Source: Narcine bancroftii
Lineage: Eukaryota
Assembly (NCBI RefSeq): GCF_036971445.1
Contig: NC_091481.1
Location: 10,106,001-10,170,000 of the forward strand
DNA: 64,000 bases
Direction: 5' to 3'
Shown here: positions 11,716 through 25,154 of the stretch, piece after piece
Position numbering within the stretch: the first letter of the stretch is position 1
Layout of the letters: the number at the start of each line of letters is the position of its first letter
Position numbers and translations under genes: made by a program
Notes under the pieces: model-generated
Database searches by the model: none
What the model was told of the DNA's origin: nothing
What the model saw: only the letters and a program-made list of their open reading frames with translations

Positions 11716-12569
11716 TCAGTTTTAAAATGCTAATCCTTGGTTTTGAATGTCTCCAAGGTCTTACCCTCTTCACCTTTGTAAAATCCTCCAGCTATACAGC
11801 TCTCTGAGACTTCTGTGTGCTTCCAATACCAGCCATTTTCTGAATTTAATTGCACTGCCACTGGTGGTCATGGCTTCAGCTACCAATGCCCCAAGCTCAG
11901 GAATTCCTTTCAACATTTCAGCCTCAATAGCTCTCCTCATGTAAAATGCTCCTTAATGGCTACATCTTTGATTGCCTGTCCCATTATCTTCCCAGAGTTA
12001 GTTTTTTTAAAATTGCCAACCTTCCTTCCTTTGAAGCACCTTTGATATTTTTGCAAAATTAAAGGCACAATAAAAATGGTTCTCATTTCTGCATGGCTTA
12101 CCTCAGATGTGTCCTCATAAATCCAAGCCTAGTTTATGCAATCAGTCTTTGTAATTCATGTGGCGTCTGGAATCATTCCATGGTGTACATTGCATAGTAA
12201 TGACTACTTGCATTCCACTGCCATAAACAGCTATTGGCCTTACAGATAAGACCTTATTAATTACTTTATGATTTTAGCTGTTATATGGGAGGAGGGGACA
12301 GGAATGGTTGATGGAGAGTGGTATAGCACATGCTGATGCATGTTACAATTAAATATTTTAGTTCACCTCCCTGGGGTGTTTTAGTGCAGACTAATTTTAT
12401 TGTAAAATCTTACAGCTAAGGACCATGTTGCTTGGGTGATATAACTGGGATCACTCTCCCACAATGTGCAATTTAAAATTATCTCCCTGCTATCACTCCC
12501 ATTCCCATAAAAATAGTCAAAAGACGCTTTGAAGGGAGTGCAGAGTATTCAAGCAGGCAGCTTCTGCTT

Positions 12570-13017
12570 AAACATTCCTTCTCTTCCTCAAATAATGACT
12601 TTGCCTGTGAGGTAGATTCACATTCCAGATTGAAGTGCAAGTGAAATTGGCTGAGAGGAGGAGAGCTATACATCACCAACAATGCTGTCCCTTAAATACA
12701 AACAGTTTGCTGACTGAACTCCTCCCACAAATGGGAGTTCTGACACAACTTCCAACTTCCCACACTTGATCCTCTGTCAAGCCCTATACTTTAGCCACAG
12801 ACAGCAAAGAAGCTGACATCAAACCCAACTCTCCGTATGTGGCCGAAACTTATTTTCAAACTCCATTTTTTTCCTATTTTACTTCCATCGTTGAGCATAA
12901 TTAGACATCTCTCAATGATCTTTTCATGTAACCTTCAGATCTGCTATTAATTATCTTGGTTAAGATGCTTATATTCTTGTACATCAAACAGTAATCTCAT
13001 ACATCGAACAGGTAGGT
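12570..13017 (+). promoter_or_regulatory. Candidate promoter and non-coding first exon of the collagen VII-like gene
   Basis: Repeat-poor region with two ACATTCC (TEAD/MCAT-type) motifs (12572, 12620), ATTGG (12646-12650), TATA-like CTTAAATA (12691-12698) and a strong donor CAG|GTAGGT (13011/13012). The ATG exon has an acceptor, so an upstream exon is expected. Confidence 0.3.
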
Positions 13018-15059
13018 AGCTCGGTGTTTCTTGTGTATTGTAAAGGTTAATCAGTATAAGGTTAAAAACTTATTTTACGTTCATTCCGACTGAAAGGAGA
13101 GGCAGTATTATTAACATGTATTGGTTTTAATTCAGAAATGTATTTCTAAATGTATTACTAGATGATAATAAATTACAAAATGTAATAAACTAGACTAATT
13201 TAGCACAGGAATCACTTTGTCAAGTGATGCAAGTGGCTGAATCAAATACCGGAGACGAATTCCTGTAACTTGGGATTATTTTTGTTGATATCACCGTCTC
13301 AAATTTAGATTTTGATTAAATTGTTCCAGCCGTGGAAACTTTTAACCTAAACTTTGTGCTGAACTTTATGTTTGAGAGGCGCAATTGCCACCACTAAATG
13401 AAGGGGGATGTCTATACAGCATATAATGCAGTGACAAGGTATTCAGACACATTATACTAAGCAGTCATTTGGATTAAGGCAAATTGGAATCCATTTAATG
13501 TAGATAGCAAAAATGTGGCAACTAAGAATGCTTAGTATTTTCAAGAAATTGCAGTACATGAGGCGGATGCAAGAGGAGTAATTTTCCAAGCTAACAACTG
13601 ACAATACTGAAGTGAGCACCAATTGATTGATATTTCATCAATCTTTTGTAGTTTGCTTTCCAGGTGTCTATTACTGATAATTGTCTTCTGTGATGTCCTT
13701 GCTACAATCTCCTTGGGATAGAACTTGATCTTGTATGATGCGTAAAATGTGTTTTAGCAAATTGACAATCTGTTTGATAACTCCCCTAATTTATTTTATA
13801 TTTCTGACTCTAGTCCTTAACTTCAACAATGAGGAAGTGTTTTGCAGCCACACTTCTAAGTTTTAAAGTTTAAACAGCATTCAACGATATAGCCCAGATG
13901 TTTGTTTTCAGTATAATTAATAGTATCCTAATAATTGGTCATTTTCTTTCTGCTTATGGAATACAGAACATAGAATTATAGCACAGTACAGGCACGATGT
14001 TTTTCCGACCTATGTAAACTTTCTCCACAACAATCTAATCTTTCCCTGTCATTATAATATATTTTCAACAAAAAACATCATAAAACTGGTGACCCCTCTA
14101 TTCAAATAATACTAACTTCATTGCTCGTGTCTAACTTTGTTACAAAACATTTGTGATGTCTCAATGGGCAAAATATATGCTGGGAAATTCATCCCTATCA
14201 GTTGACAGACAGAGACAGAATATAACATGCAGTTGCTAACATATTGACTGCTACTGACTGGGCATGAATTTCTACTCATCAGTTTTTAAAGCATTAAACA
14301 GCCTGGAAACAGACACCTTGGGCCAACTTCTCCTGCCAACCAAGCTTTCTTCTCAAGATAGTCTCCTTTGCGTGTATTTGGCCCATAGCCCTCGAAACAT
14401 ACTTTCTGCTCTCCTTTCTTTAATCTTTTCTTTGTGGTAGCACTCTCACCTCTGAGAGAATGCTCTTGGGTAGAAAGACAAAATCTCTACTCCAACTCCA
14501 ATGAAGATTTCAACCAGCATCAGAATGCCTGGTCATTGTGTGACCTTACCACAAACAAATTGTCACTACAGTTTAGAACTACTGAATCAACTATATGCTT
14601 GCTTTCATTAAAAAAGTGCTGGATATACTCTGCAAGTCGATCAGTATGCATGGAGAGAGAAATAGTTAACAGGTTGGTGAAATTTAAGTAGAACTCACAG
14701 CTACAGAATGCATTTTATTATATCTTGCCTTTTCATTTTATAAAACCAATTCAAGGTTACAATACACCTATCACGCTTTAAATATCAGCCCCATTATTAT
14801 AAAAGGCATGGGAGTCTGCAACCCATGCCCTGAAAGGATGGAAGAGGCAGATGCACTCATTACATTGATAAAATACATCAATGTGTATTAGAAAAACAAT
14901 TAACCACAGAATACATACTGATAAGTAAAATAAGGCCAAGTAGTTCCTTTTTGATTCCTAACTACAAGTGCCATGACAAAAGTTTTGTAGTATTCTACGA
15001 TTCTCTTTGTATACGACAATGTAGTTACAGGTTATATGTGGGAAATGCAGTAGGTGATT

Positions 15060-15320
15060 TGTGATCATTTATATTAATGGTGTAGATTGAAGAAACATAT
15101 ATTGCCTTGAACGATAGGATGATTTACCTGCTCTTCTTTAATGTTCTTTACAACTTTTTACATCTACCTGACAAAGCACATGGCTCGCTTTGAAGTCTCA
15201 TCCAACAGATGCCTCCTCTCTCAGTACTGCATGCATCAGCCTCATTTGTATGCTTGCTTCTCTTGACTCTGATCTTGTCGATTCAGAATTAGGAACCTAA
15301 GTGAGCCATGGCTGGTACTG
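15060..15320 (-). mobile_element. Old Deu-domain SINE (AmnSINE/SacSINE-like) fragment
   Basis: CCTGCTCTTCTTTAA..CATCTACCTGA..GTCTCATCCAACAGATG..CTCTCAGTACTGCA resembles DeuSINE antisense. Confidence 0.45.
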
Positions 15321-15479
15321 TTGGATGAGGTGTTATTTGCATTCAAGCTGTAGGCCAAAAGATTTTTTTCAGGGTAAGCCAAATTGCCCTGCTTGCCTGC
15401 TGTATCCAAAAGACTTTTGGAATCTGCCCTGCATTTAGAAAGGCTAAGATTGTGCAGATCAAATGTTGGTTCGTGAATT

Positions 15480-16430
15480 CTCAGTGATACAAGAGCTGAT
15501 GGAGTAGTGAAACTAAATCAACCCTCTTCATCAGCACCAGTAACAAGACAGGCGAGGAGGTGGATGCCCATTATTACCAGCCTGCTATTTCCAAGTTTGC
15601 CGCAGAAATGTATCAATCGCAACATTGACAATTTTGCAGAACTGGCAGGAATTGACCTTTTGTTAGGAGTTGAGTCTCTTCTCACTTTGCTCTAAATGCC
15701 TGATCATTTACAATGGTGAGGGAATAACAAGTCTCTTGGTAACTTGCACTGACAACTTGCATGTTTTTAGTTGGTTAATCATGCAAATGTGACAATTCCA
15801 GAGAGTAAATCTTTAGTGTTACAGCTGGAATGTTGGATGTTCCCTTTGTCGTTATTGTATCCAGTGTCCTAAGCCATTTCTTGGCGTCATCTGGAGTGAA
15901 TGGAATTGGATGAAGAGTGGCTTCTGTACTGGTTGGGACCTTAGGGAAAAAGTTGAGATGGATTATCCACTTGGAAACATTAGGGTTATGAGGTAGGAAG
16001 GGTTTTTTTGGTAGGAATATAGAGGTTGGCACAACATTAAAGGCCAAAGGGCCTGTACTGTGCTGTAATGTCCTATGACACTCTGGATGAACAAAGTTGC
16101 ATTTACTTCAGCTTTACGTTTGACATTTAATACTAATCACGCTATTCTTGAAGATGGGAATGTTCCTGCAGACAACTTCTGCAGCTGTTTACTTGTCCAT
16201 CTTCATTCCCAACTTAAAACCATGGAGCTGTCTTGTGGGATTGCTTAGCTCTGTCTATTGCAGGCTGATTGTAGGCATCAAGACCTGTGTTAAAGCTTCA
16301 CCAGGTTGGAACTTCATTTTCATATACTTATGGTGCAGTTCCCACATTCCTCATATAACTAGTTGATCCTTGGCTGGATTTTCACAAGAGAGGAGGTGGA
16401 TTGTTCTGGAGTAGCAATCTCTCTTGCTGC
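15480..16430 (-). mobile_element. Old CR1/L2-group LINE ORF2 fragment, interrupted near 15990-16080 by a CR1 tail
   Basis: Minus translation PIPFTPDDAKKWLRTLDTITTKGTSNIPAVTLKIYSLELS matches the pre-RT 'K..GPD.IP..VLK' region. Confidence 0.6.
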
Positions 16431-16479
16431 CAGTAGTTTATGGCATGTCAAACCTATCCTATTTCAAGTTATTACTAAT

Positions 16480-16712
16480 GGCAGCATGGTTAGTATAACA
16501 GTTAGCACAATGCTGTTACAGCGCCAGCATCTCGGGTTCGAACCCGACTTCGACTGTAAGGAGTTTATACATTCTCTCCATGTCTGTGTGAGTTTCCTCT
16601 GGGTGCTCCAGTTTCCTCCCACCCTTCAAAAACATACAGGACCTCTAAGTTAATTGACTGTAATTGGGCAGATTGGGCAAGGGCCTGTTCCATTGCTGTC
16701 TGTCCAAATTTT
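16480..16712 (+). mobile_element. V-SINE (HE1-like)
   Basis: GGCAGCATGGTTAG head, box B GGTTCGAACCC, then the V-domain. Confidence 0.8.
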
Positions 16713-17308
16713 TTAAAAAATTAAAATGTATTAGATCTGTTCTCAACCACACACCTTTGCATCTGATTACCCTGTATGTTGGATACAGAATCCACCTGTG
16801 CTTACCGTGCATTGCAGTCTGAGTTTGATTCGCAGTGTTCATTGTGTGCATGAGACACACACTCCAGCCATGATATTACCTTGTGTGTAAGACACATTCA
16901 ATGATAATGAATTTATTGTCATTTACAGAATTATACAATCTACATATGCACTGAAATTCATATTTGCTGCAACAGGCAAATACTCATAAAGAAAGACTAT
17001 GATGGTAAACTAACTGAATACAATTAAGAGGCAATAAATATATAAGATGGATAAATATTCACAATAATCCTTATTCAGCCTGTGTTAGAATAAACAGCTT
17101 AGTCTGTGTACACTGTGACTAATTAATGTAAAATTACAATGGCAGTGACTACAATAGTTGGAATAACATTTTGAAGGATTACTGAAAATGTAGTAACAAG
17201 AAGTGAGAACTTGGACAAACAGGAAGACAGCTTTAAATGAACAGCACAGGATACTTGTTAGAACTTGCATCTACAATGCTATCAAAGTGAACGTTTGCAG
17301 TCGCTGTG

Positions 17309-18712
17309 ATTGTAGTGAAAACACAGAAATGCTGGTGAAACTCAAACTCACCAAATCCCACAGCTACCTTGACAACATCTCCACTCCTTGTCCCCCACAA
17401 GGATTCCATTCCTTTCTCGCTATTCCTCTGTCTCTGTTGCATCTGCTCCCAGAACAAGGTTTTCTATGCCAGATCATCAAAGAACGTCCTTCTTCAAAAC
17501 ACATTTCTTCCCCTTCACTACCATCAACTCGGCACTCACCTGCATATCCTCCATTACCTGCATATCTGCCCCAGCCAGCTCTGTCCTCACACGCAACAAA
17601 GGCAGGATTACCCTTGTCCTTACCTTTATCCCAACAGTCTCTGCATCCAACATATCATCCTCTACCATGTGATACTATGTGATCCTAGCACCAAAAACTT
17701 CTTCCCCTCTCCTACACTCTCTGCCTTTTGCAAGGACCACTCCCTTCCTGACTTCCTCGTCTACTTTTCCCTTCCCACCAATCGCTTCCTTGGCACCTAA
17801 CCCTGTGACTGCAGTTAGTGCTACACTTGTGCCCACACCTCTTCCCTCCACCATTCGGGGCCCCAAACAGTCCTGCCAAGTGAATTACCACTTCACTTGA
17901 GAATCTACAGGGGTCATCTACTGCATCTGGTGCTCCCGTTGTGGTCTCCTCTACATTGGAGAAATTGGATACAGACTGAAAGATCATTTTGTTAAGCACC
18001 TTAGCTCTGTCTGTCACAATAGTGGGGATCTCCCAGTGGCAACCCACTTTAATTCTCCACTCCATTCCATTGCTGACATATCTGTCATTAGTCTCGAGCA
18101 CTGTCAGACTGAGATCTACAATAAATTGGAGGAACAACAGCTTATATTCCATCTGGACACTTTCCAACATTGATGCATTAGCATCAACTTCTCTGAGCTC
18201 CATTGCCTGCCAATCATCCATCTATCCCAATTTCTCCTTTCCTTCATCTCTGTCCCTCTCTCTCTTTCCTTTCCTCTCTTTCCTTTCCTCCACATCCGCA
18301 TTCACAGAACCACCCCCTCCCCCCATCATCTCACCTTTCCTCTCCTGTCCTATCCATGTCCAATTATTACCTTTTGTCTGTTGGTCAGTGCTCCTATCCC
18401 TCCTTTCTTTCCTTCTCCCCAGCATTTTAATTCAGGCCTCTGCCAACTTTTTACTCATACCTTGAAGAAAGGCTCAGGCCTAAAACATTGGTTATATATT
18501 TTATATAAGGGACTCCCTTTTGCTTTTTTTTTTCCTGTTGCAATACTCATAGTGACCCTTTGTTTGCCATACGACAGACAAAAGTTAAGATATATAATAA
18601 TACATTTTAATGTATTATTACACAACAATAAAAGGATCCTTGAATCTTTACCTTCTATGGAGGCTACCAGACCTGCTGAGCTCCTCCAACATTTCTGTGT
18701 TTTCTCTACAAT
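17309..18712 (+). mobile_element. Penelope-like element, 5'-truncated, with GIY-YIG endonuclease remnant and pLTR
   Basis: Translation from ~17910: GVIYCIWCSRCGLLYIGEIGYRLKDHFVKHL..LPVATHFNS..KLEEQQLIFHLDT. pLTR motif CTTGAAGAAAGGCTCAGGCCTAAAACATTGG at 18461. The 3' end is copied inverted at 17309-17345 versus 18673-18712. Confidence 0.85.
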
Positions 18713-19718
18713 GTTACATTCATCTTATCCTTTACTCTTCCATTGGCTACTATCAGAAAAAGATTCAGGCAAGTCTCTGTGCAGTGATAGGCAGCCAATA
18801 ATCCCACTAGTGGGCCATTTTAATGTATTTCAAGTTCCCTGGAAAGAATTCCTGGTGCACCTTTCCAGCTCTGGTGGATTGACACCACTGGAAATACTAA
18901 CCAGCTATCTCTGTCTCTGCCTTTTAGAGAAGGTATCAGTTGAAAATGGTCAGTTATTTCCTTTCACCTGTTCTCTATTTTTTCCAAGGCCTGGGATTCA
19001 TAAAAATGTTCTCTTGCTATTTCTGCTTCTTGACACATTTGGTTCCATTTTCCTTATTCAAAGTGCAGACTCATTTAATTAAAAACAGCTTTAGTGTTGA
19101 GGTTTTTCTGAAAGCTACCTGGCCCATTCTCGGTAAATTTGGACGTCGGCTGGCAAATTTCTAGTTTTTACTTTTTCCTTTTTTAAAAAATAAAGGATCA
19201 TCACCTGGCTGCAGGTGATAGATCACGGATAAAAAGAAGGATAGGGATGTGTCATTGTTTCTGCATGGAATGTTTATTGAGAGCATATTTAAAGATTAGA
19301 TCAAGGAACAAAAAGAAGAAGCCATTCAACATAGTGAAACAGGCTCAACTCATCTGCTGCTAAATGTCTCATTCAATCTTCGTAATCTCGAGGTGACTAT
19401 GCCAATCATTTTCTCCCATCCTCCTTACATAAGCCTAACATCATTCAAAACTCTTGCCACCTATATTATAATGGTCCATTCACTTACCATTCCCATTCAT
19501 GCTGATTCACATGGGCTCTTGGAGCAGCAGCATCTTTATTTTAAGTTCTCTTCCAGTCCCTCCATGGCCTCATGGTCTCTCCAGTCCCACAATCTTCTGA
19601 GATCATTGCACTCCACTAATTCTGCAATCTTGCACCTCCTGGATTTTAACTGTCCCACTAATGGTGTCATGTCTTCAGATGCTAAGGTTCTAAGCTCTAG
19701 AGTTCACTCCCTAAACTA

Positions 19719-20189
19719 CAGAGAAGTCCAGAAATTTGATCTGCTTGGAGATCAGGTTGGTTTGGATTTTCCAGATTCTTGGGCAGTACGTTTAAAATTC
19801 AAATTTAAGGAGGAATAAAGAAGAATTAAACAGGTGAATTTTTATTGTTTGTTCAATAGCAAATATAGTATGCTTCTTTGATCAAAACAAGCAGTTTTAA
19901 AGAAAAATAAAGTGGATGCTTGTTTCCACTGTGGGTCTGTGGTGCTTACGCATGCATTCTTCTTTGGCTTGGCTTCGCGGACGAAGATTTACGGAGGGGT
20001 AAAGTCCACGTCAGCTGCAGGCTCGTTGTGGCTGACAAGTCCGATGCGGGACTGGCAGACATGGTTGCAGCGGTTGCAAGGGAAAATTACACACAAAAAC
20101 TCGCTAAATTTTAAATGTTTGCATTTTTAAAAAGTCTGGATTCCTGGGTGGTCTGAATTTCTGGCATCCGGATTTTTGGACTTCTACTT
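19719..20189. mobile_element. Tc1/mariner-type MITE hosting an RTE insertion
   Basis: Left TA|CAGAGAAGTCCAGAAAT; the right end reads AGTAGAAGTCCAAAAATCCGG on the minus strand. Confidence 0.55.
19957..20088 (-). mobile_element. RTE-clade LINE 3' end
   Basis: Near-identical reverse complement of 24175-24310; encodes the C-terminal Cys/His motif and has a GAA-type tail. Confidence 0.85.
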
Positions 20190-20502
20190 TGTGCTGCATT
20201 CTCCATACCTTCCATATTTTAAGATGCTTCCTTAAAATCTTATACCTTTGCGTCAAATTTTCTGACAATTAAACACATGAAAGAACATCACGCCATGTCT
20301 AATATTAAGGTCATGCATCATCTGAATCAAGGCAGCTAGTTGACCAGATTTTCTTTTTCTATCTTGTTCCACAATTTCTGAAATTCTGCCCGTTGCATAC
20401 ACTCTTACAAAGATATCCAATCTAATTCTTATCCCTATGTCCAACTTCAGTTCAATTACCATCACTGATTCATTTCCCACTGTGTTTGGAAGTGGTCATC
20501 TT

Positions 20503-23500
20503 GAGATCCAAGATGGTAATGGGAAGACAGAAAGAGAAATTTAGAGCTCGCAAGATAAAAGAAAGAGAAGATTAACCCCCCCCCCCCCCACTCCCCACCA
20601 ATCGAAACAAGAAAAAGTTAAAGAAGAATGGGCAACAAGCTGGAAACAACAAACTCAGAAGGAATAGAAAAAGCAAGAAATGTAAAAGGCTCACCTCATG
20701 GTCAGGATGGTGAGGTGAACCTCGGGCCTATCCAGAAGCTGGTGGCAATGGTGGTGGCAGGAACGGATCATTGGGCTGCCCAACTAGAGGAGAGGGTGAG
20801 CGAAGGCAGCCTTGGCGTGGCTGTTGCATGAATGGGGCAGCAGGAGCACCGTCAGGCACAAGTGGTGAAGGGGTTAGCATACGGCGGGAGCAACCCAACA
20901 TGGACGTAGCGGTGGCTGCAGAAGAGATGCCACAGACAACCAGGAAGACGAAACACCTACCTGGTAAGGTCATTTCATCCGGGGGTCAGGAGGAGGCCTC
21001 AATCGAAGCAGCATCGGGAGCTCGAGGTCTCGGGCCTGGCAGGCAGAGGGAGCAGCGTGGCAAGGGAGGTGTCGGGCATGGAGGGAAGGATGTGCAGTTG
21101 GGAGACATGACATTGGGAAGTGGAGGAAGAATATGGACAAAGGAGATGGACAAATGATAGGAAAAAAAGGAGGCAGTGAGCCAGATTAAAAATATTGGTG
21201 ATGGGCCAGACTCTAATTAAAGAATGATTGGGCAATTTAACTGAAAGGGTGACAGAAACAGAAGAAAGAATTTAGGGAGTGGAGGAAAGACTGGAAAGAG
21301 GGAAAGTGAAATGGATATGTGGGTGAAGGAAAGGGAGAGGATGTGGGAAAAGATGGACTCCCTAGAGAACTATATAGGAGAAATAACATTCAGATAGTGG
21401 GGGTGAAGTAGGGTGTGGAGGGAAGAGATTTGGTGGAATTCTTCAAAAAAAGTGGATACCAGAAGTGCTGGAGACGGACAAAATTGTGGGAAAACTGGAA
21501 ATTGAAAGGGCCCAGCGGTCTCTCACAACCCCCCACCCCCGCCCAGATCCAGATCAACAACACTAATCTGTCCTGGTCAAATGCCTTCGCTACTAGGACA
21601 GAGAGTGAATTTGACGGGCATCAGAGAAGGAAAGTGGTGGGGGTGGGTGGGTTCCGGCAGAATATGGAAGAAAGAAAATCCTCCTCCATCTGGACATTAG
21701 TGTGCCGCTATTAAGTCTCAGGAAAGAAGTAATAAAAAAATAAGGCAAACAATGACAGAGTTCACCTTCCTTCACCCACCAACTTAAAAAATTTAAAGTC
21801 GCGAGGGGAGAATTTTCTTAATGGACGCTGGGGAGGCAATGGGTATGTAAAAGTCATCCTATTGAGAATAATATAAATGGGGGAAAAGGGGAATTAATGG
21901 AATGATTAGTTGTTTATATTGTAAAGGATAAGAATATAGATGGGAATGTTTTATTGTTTAAAAATGTGAATGCCAAAGTTAAATAAATAATTAATACGAG
22001 CGGATATAGTATTTCTACAGGAGACCCATCTCACAAATCAAGAACACAAAGTTAAAAAGGGGTTGGGTTGGTCAGGTGGTGACAGGAACCCATTGAATCT
22101 CATTTCCTATAGGCCAATTTCATTATTGAATATACCTTATAAAATTATAGCAAAGTCATTGGTCAACAGGTTGGCTCAATATTTACTAAAACCCAGAGCA
22201 AGTGGGATTTTTTTTTAAAAAAAAAGACAATAAACAGATTACATATGCAGATTACTTAATATAGTGCATCTGGTACAGTCTGGTGTGAACCTGGATGTGG
22301 CCATATCCCTGAACGCAGAAAGCCCTTTGACAGACTGCAATGGGTTTTTTTTATTTAAAGTATTGGAGAGATTTGGATAAAGATGCTATATCATAAAGCC
22401 TCAAGCCAAAATTATAATGAATGGGCAAATATCCCCAGTGTTGCCACTGGGCAGGTCCAGTAGGCAGGGTTGCCTGCTGTGCCGAGCACTGTTTATATTG
22501 GCTATTGAAATGCTGGCAGAAGCCATTCAGCAGGATCCACATATAAAGAGGTTCAGAGAGGGCCAGGAGGAGCACAAAAAGAATTTATTTGCTGATGATG
22601 AGCTAATATATTTGGCAGATCTGGTGGGGGAGGGGAGGGTGGGTCATTGGCCAGGATGACATCCACACAAGAGGATTATGGTAAGACCTCAGGATATAAG
22701 GTAAAGCTGGTCAAAAGTGAAATCATTCCCTTGACAAAGGGGGGGTGGGGGGGAGGTCAATAGAATATCAACAAGAGAGCCAATTTAAATGGCCACAAGA
22801 GGGCATTAAATAGTTGGGGATATTTATCTCCCTGTGCTCTGGAAGATTGAGGAGGACCTTGGTAAATGGAGAACCCTACCCATAACTTTGATGAGAAGGA
22901 TTAATTGTGTTAAAATGAAAGTGATGCTAATACTGCAATATTTATTTCAGTCCTTGCCCATCCCATTGCCTCAAAGCTTTTTTAAGACATTCAATGAATG
23001 TGTCAGGAAGTTCTTGACTTGGGGTTATGAACTGGAAGTTCTGAAATTACCCCCCTCTATGAGGGAGATGGTGCCCCCTCCTGGTCACAAATTGGACTGC
23101 ACACGATAGGAGAAAAGATAGCAGAAGAGTGGGACACTAAATTGATATCAAGGGAAACAGAAAACTTCATATTAAAATGTAATATAGACATGGAAAAAAA
23201 ATAAATCAATGTATCAGGCTAAAGGTGGGGTTATCTCCTAAAATGCCTTTGTCCCAGAACAAATTAATACCAATGACTCTGGATAATAAGAAACTGGACA
23301 TCTGGTGCCGGAAGGGGATCAGGTGCATCGAGGGGTGTTATGAACATGTGTGTACTGCCATATATATTCTAATTTGAAAGGGGAATACATGCAAGTTTAT
23401 TTCTATGATGTATCTCCTATTCCAAAGTGAGGACTTGAAGCTGGGATTAGATAGGGCAAGGAAAGGTGAGAGTCAGACCTGGGCAAACAATCCATGAGCA

Positions 23501-24607
23501 GTGCTGGTCAGGCCTGTGTCGGGACAGCATGACAGCAGTCATTAATGCCAAGTACAGGTAGGTGCAATATAATTTCTTGCATAAACTGTACCACACATCA
23601 CAAAATTACATAAATCCAAAGTAGAAATTTCAGAAATGAATTTTATGAATTTTGGGCTGCTGAGATTTTGGTGTGGAGATTGGAACCTTTATCCATTCAA
23701 CCTGGCTGTGTATAAAGGTGAGATCCTTCTGGGAGGACCTGGAGGACATCCTGAAAAAAATTACAAAGGTAGATTTTACACAGGATCCGGACTTGTACCT
23801 TCTGGGAAACATTAAGGACGTGTGTTTTAAACTGTCCAAGTACCAAATTCAGTTTGAGAAGGTCGCCTTGGCGGTAGCCAGGAAATGTATAGCGGTCACT
23901 TGGAAGTCTGACTCCCAATTAAATATTACATGATGAAATATGGAAATGCAGAGTTGTATTCCCCTGGGAAAAAAAAATCATATAATTTAAGAATTCCTTC
24001 TTAATATGACACATTTGTTGGGGTATGGCAACCCTATCTGCAACACATTGGTGCACAGATATAAATATACCCTTTCTGAATGAAAGAAAGGCAATAATCC
24101 ATGCCAGTAGTGGAATGATTCCACCTCACTGACAAAAGGCAAAGGAGGAAAAACCCAACACCCAACCCCAACCAACCAATTTTCCCCTGCAACCGCTGCA
24201 ATCGTGTCTGCCTGTCCCGCATCGGACTTGTCAGCCACAAACGAGCCTGCAGCTGACGTGGACTTTTTACCCCCTCCATAAATCTTCGTCCGCGAAGCCA
24301 AGCCAAAGAAAGAGTGGAATGATTGAGATAAATTAAGAGGGTTGTGGCGCAGATGATGTGCTCTTGTATTTTGTTCCTTATCTTTTTTATTTCAGGTTAC
24401 TTTGGGTTTTTCTTAATTTTCTTAATTTACCAATAATTGGTTTTTTTTGTGTTTGTTTAATTTGTATAAACTTTGTGGTATTGGGAAGGGGAGAGGGGTA
24501 GGGGAAAAAACAGACTCTGTATGTTAAGTCCATTGTTGAGAGAGATTGTATTCTTTGTTTGGATTTGTGTGAGTCTTTGAAAATCAAAATAAAATATTTT
24601 TAAAAAA
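20503..24607 (+). mobile_element. Decayed, internally deleted L1 LINE
   Basis: ORF1 (EKMDSLENYIRRNNIQIVGV, ~21350), APE piece (ADIVFLQETHL, ~22000), RT (YRPISLL; RSSRQGC; LFADD, ~22590), C-terminal GTFIHSTWLCIKVRSFW, T-rich 3'UTR, AATAAA and A tail. Confidence 0.9.
24121..24312 (+). mobile_element. 5'-truncated RTE-clade LINE nested in the L1 3'UTR
   Basis: Encodes ..PIFPCNRCNRVCLSRIGLVSHKRACS*, an RTE-type C-terminus; perfect 12-bp TSD AGTGGAATGATT at 24109-24120 and 24313-24324. Confidence 0.9.
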
Positions 24608-24974
24608 GACATGGTCATCTTTTTTGGCTTCCCAATAAACTCTGTGTGGAAATACATGCTGCATAATCTATGGGAATCTTGTCCTGGTATGTTTTGTGCA
24701 TAAGCTGCAATTGTTCCTTATTTATCTTTAGCAGCGCTCAATTATTTTCTTTACATTCTCATTAAATGTTACCATTAATTGTATTTTTTTTTGTCATTTT
24801 ACTCTTGTATGCAGCAAGTATCAATATCCACACTGGTTGGAAAAATATAGCTCTCAATTTAAATTATTTCTTCCTCGGACATGGGATTCACTGACTGGTG
24901 CGGAGACAGAAATGGACACAGTACTCCAAATGCAGTCTAACTACAGTTACTGTTGCATTTTCTAGAGTAGCATC

Positions 24975-25053
24975 TTATGCCTAGGTGCTCTGTGATTAGT
25001 AAGTGATTACTTCAGGTGGTATGTGAGTGGAAAAAAAATGTTGAGAACCACAG
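24975..25053. mobile_element. hAT/Charlie-like MITE end fragment
   Basis: GGTGCTCTGTGATTAGTAAG..GTGGTATGTGAGTGGAAA..GTTGAGAACCAC matches 59511-59781. Confidence 0.7.
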
Positions 25054-25154
25054 CTTTATACATTGTGATCTTCTGAGCTTCTGTTTTTCTCCTGCTGATT
25101 TCAGCTGATGATTAAGACCAAGGAAATCTTCCAAGTTTGGATCAGAACTTTATC

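Noticed and set aside
16480-16560. Box A/B-like sequence as a tRNA gene
   Set aside because: It is the tRNA-derived head of a V-SINE, continues into the V-domain and shows no cloverleaf
18381-19082. Longest ORF in the track (233 aa)
   Set aside because: It starts inside a Penelope pLTR, crosses several repeat fragments and has no recognisable domain or exon signals
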